Of a DNA stretch of 64,000 nucleotides, positions 62,463 through 64,000 are shown in pieces. Source of the stretch: Nemertoderma westbladi (taxonomy: Eukaryota; Animalia; Xenacoelomorpha); the NCBI GenBank assembly GCA_032718475.1, contig JAUCBJ010008811.1, forward strand, positions 54,820 through 118,819, given 5' to 3'. The notes beneath the pieces are model-generated. The model was not told the origin of the DNA and ran no database searches. It saw nothing but the letters and a program-made list of their open reading frames with translations. The first letter of the stretch is position 1, and every line of letters starts with the position of its first letter. Made by a program: the position numbers and the translations under genes.

Positions 62463-64000
62463 ATGTCTGACACTCAGCAAAACCTGTCAGACAGTCTGAT
62501 CGATACAACTATTTGTGATTCAGATGGGAGTGTGGAGCGAATAAGAAAGGAGTTCGGCTCACCTCCTACTGTAAAAAAGGTCATCCCTCCAGTAGTATCA
62601 GACCCTAGGCTAGTCCACCATAGGTCCATCATAGGCACTCGGGCACAGGTAAAACGGGACCAAGAGGCAGTTGTCCTATCGCAGCAACATCTTGGTCAAG
62701 AACCTACTTCCCAGCGACCCGATAGCTCCAGCAGTTCGGATACTGTAGAGTTGACTCCCGAACATGGAGTGCAGATGGCTGATACAGTCTACTCGGACCC
62801 CCTTCTTACTCTTCCTGCTGCAGTGCTAACTACTATATTCATTGCGGTGGAGGAACATCAAGCCGACTGGGCGAAGAATAAGCGAGCGACCCAAGATAAT
62901 TACGCGGGATACGCCAGGGAAGAATTGATATCTATTGTTGAATCACAATGGAACTTTCCCGGACTCGGACTTCCATTGGATCTGTCCGAGGCTACTTGGG
63001 AAGATATACACAGGATGGGAGTGGCTAAAGATACAATGGATCCAGCTGTTTGGAAGAGGTCGGCAGCAGGATATGTGCAGGGATTCTTCGGATCCTTGGA
63101 TCGATTGGAAGAACAACTGTTTCGACAACCTCACGGACCTCAAGAGCAGGAAGAGTTACTATATCAAATACGCGAAAGAACCCTACGCATACGACTAATC
63201 CTCTCAGCCTTTGAGGAAACTTCCAAAAGAAGACAAGACACGTCGCTGCAGGTTGCTGTCACAACTTGGTTACATCGGGTAGATCTCAAAGTCCAGGAAA
63301 CGGCCCAGTGGAAATCCCAGCTGGCTGAGAGATCAACCTATGAAGAACCAACTGATGTCACCCTTTCTCAAGCGAAAAGCGAAGAGGCCGCCGAGGAACC
63401 GCGAACTAGAGACGCTATCGACATTTATTTGTCCGACTATCAGCGATTCCTAGGAGACGAAGAGTTGAGGAGACGGCTGTCTGGACTTTCCCCTAATAGT
63501 GAAGGAACCAAGCTTGTGTTGGACTCAATCGATGCCGAAATGTTAGCTGCAAACCAAGCTGAATGTGATGAAAAACTCCGCCTTACTAGAGTCCGAGAAG
63601 AACAAATAAAGAAAAGAAGGATAGAGGAACAAAAGGCGGCGGCTATGGCAGATGCAGAAGCAGAAAGAAAAGCAGCAAAGGCGGCGGCTATAGCAGATGC
63701 AGAAGCAGAAAGAAAAGCAGCAAAGGCGGTGGCTATGGCAGATGCAGAAGCAGAAAGAAAGGCAGCAAAGGCAGTGGCAGAAGCAGAAAGGAGAGCATCT
63801 GAGCAGACTACCCAACTGGAGTTGGAAAATCTGCAAGAGACACAAGACAGTATAAATAAACAGTTTACTGCTAATCAAATGCAGATGATGAGAAAATCTA
63901 CTCCCAAGCGCCAGGGATACACATCCTCGGAGGAAGGCGATACTACCGATCCTGAAGGCGGAGGAAATAGATCTCATCTAAGTAGGCGTAGAAAAACATA
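62463..64000 (+). CDS. Long ORF open to the window end (>510 aa), probably retroelement gag/ORF1-like
   Basis: ATG at 62463 (MSDTQQNLSD...), no stop found on manual translation; coiled-coil repeats ADAEAERKAAKA. Absent from the ORF track because it has no stop. Confidence 0.65.
   Translation, partial: MSDTQQNLSDSLIDTTICDSDGSVERIRKEFGSPPTVKKVIPPVVSDPRLVHHRSIIGTRAQVKRDQEAVVLSQQHLGQEPTSQRPDSSSSSDTVELTPEHGVQMADTVYSDPLLTLPAAVLTTIFIAVEEHQADWAKNKRATQDNYAGYAREELISIVESQWNFPGLGLPLDLSEATWEDIHRMGVAKDTMDPAVWKRSAAGYVQGFFGSLDRLEEQLFRQPHGPQEQEELLYQIRERTLRIRLILSAFEETSKRRQDTSLQVAVTTWLHRVDLKVQETAQWKSQLAERSTYEEPTDVTLSQAKSEEAAEEPRTRDAIDIYLSDYQRFLGDEELRRRLSGLSPNSEGTKLVLDSIDAEMLAANQAECDEKLRLTRVREEQIKKRRIEEQKAAAMADAEAERKAAKAAAIADAEAERKAAKAVAMADAEAERKAAKAVAEAERRASEQTTQLELENLQETQDSINKQFTANQMQMMRKSTPKRQGYTSSEEGDTTDPEGGGNRSHLSRRRKT

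Overview
This is AT-rich eukaryotic (animal, probably marine invertebrate) repeat-rich DNA, not a prokaryotic window. The left ~38 kb is a nest of Polinton/Maverick (adintovirus-like) elements. Element B (4287-21587) is complete by its boundaries: ~940-bp TIRs, AGTAGT...ACTACT termini and a 6-bp CGCATG target-site duplication. It carries pPolB, packaging ATPase, major capsid, penton(s), adenain protease, core-like proteins, a TBP-like gene, a tandem PC4-like gene and a membrane-anchored degenerate dUTPase, but no recognisable integrase. B is inserted in the arm of a second Polinton (A, ~3270-22486, with its own TACTACT terminus). That arm encodes an intronless GTSF1/Asterix-like double-CHHC zinc-finger protein, a candidate mimic or antagonist of the piRNA pathway and the top finding. 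A truncated pPolB lies at 1037-3289. A capsid-less chimeric Polinton C (~30.6-38.0 kb) has its own TBP-like gene and an intact protease. The right part holds satellites and minisatellites (48, 21, ~143 and ~97 bp; 50- and 168-bp arrays lie among the Polintons), MITEs, BEL/Pao and Gypsy fragments, an orphan membrane-protein ORF and a long gag-like ORF running off the window end. All protein calls are by eye from motifs; no searches were run.
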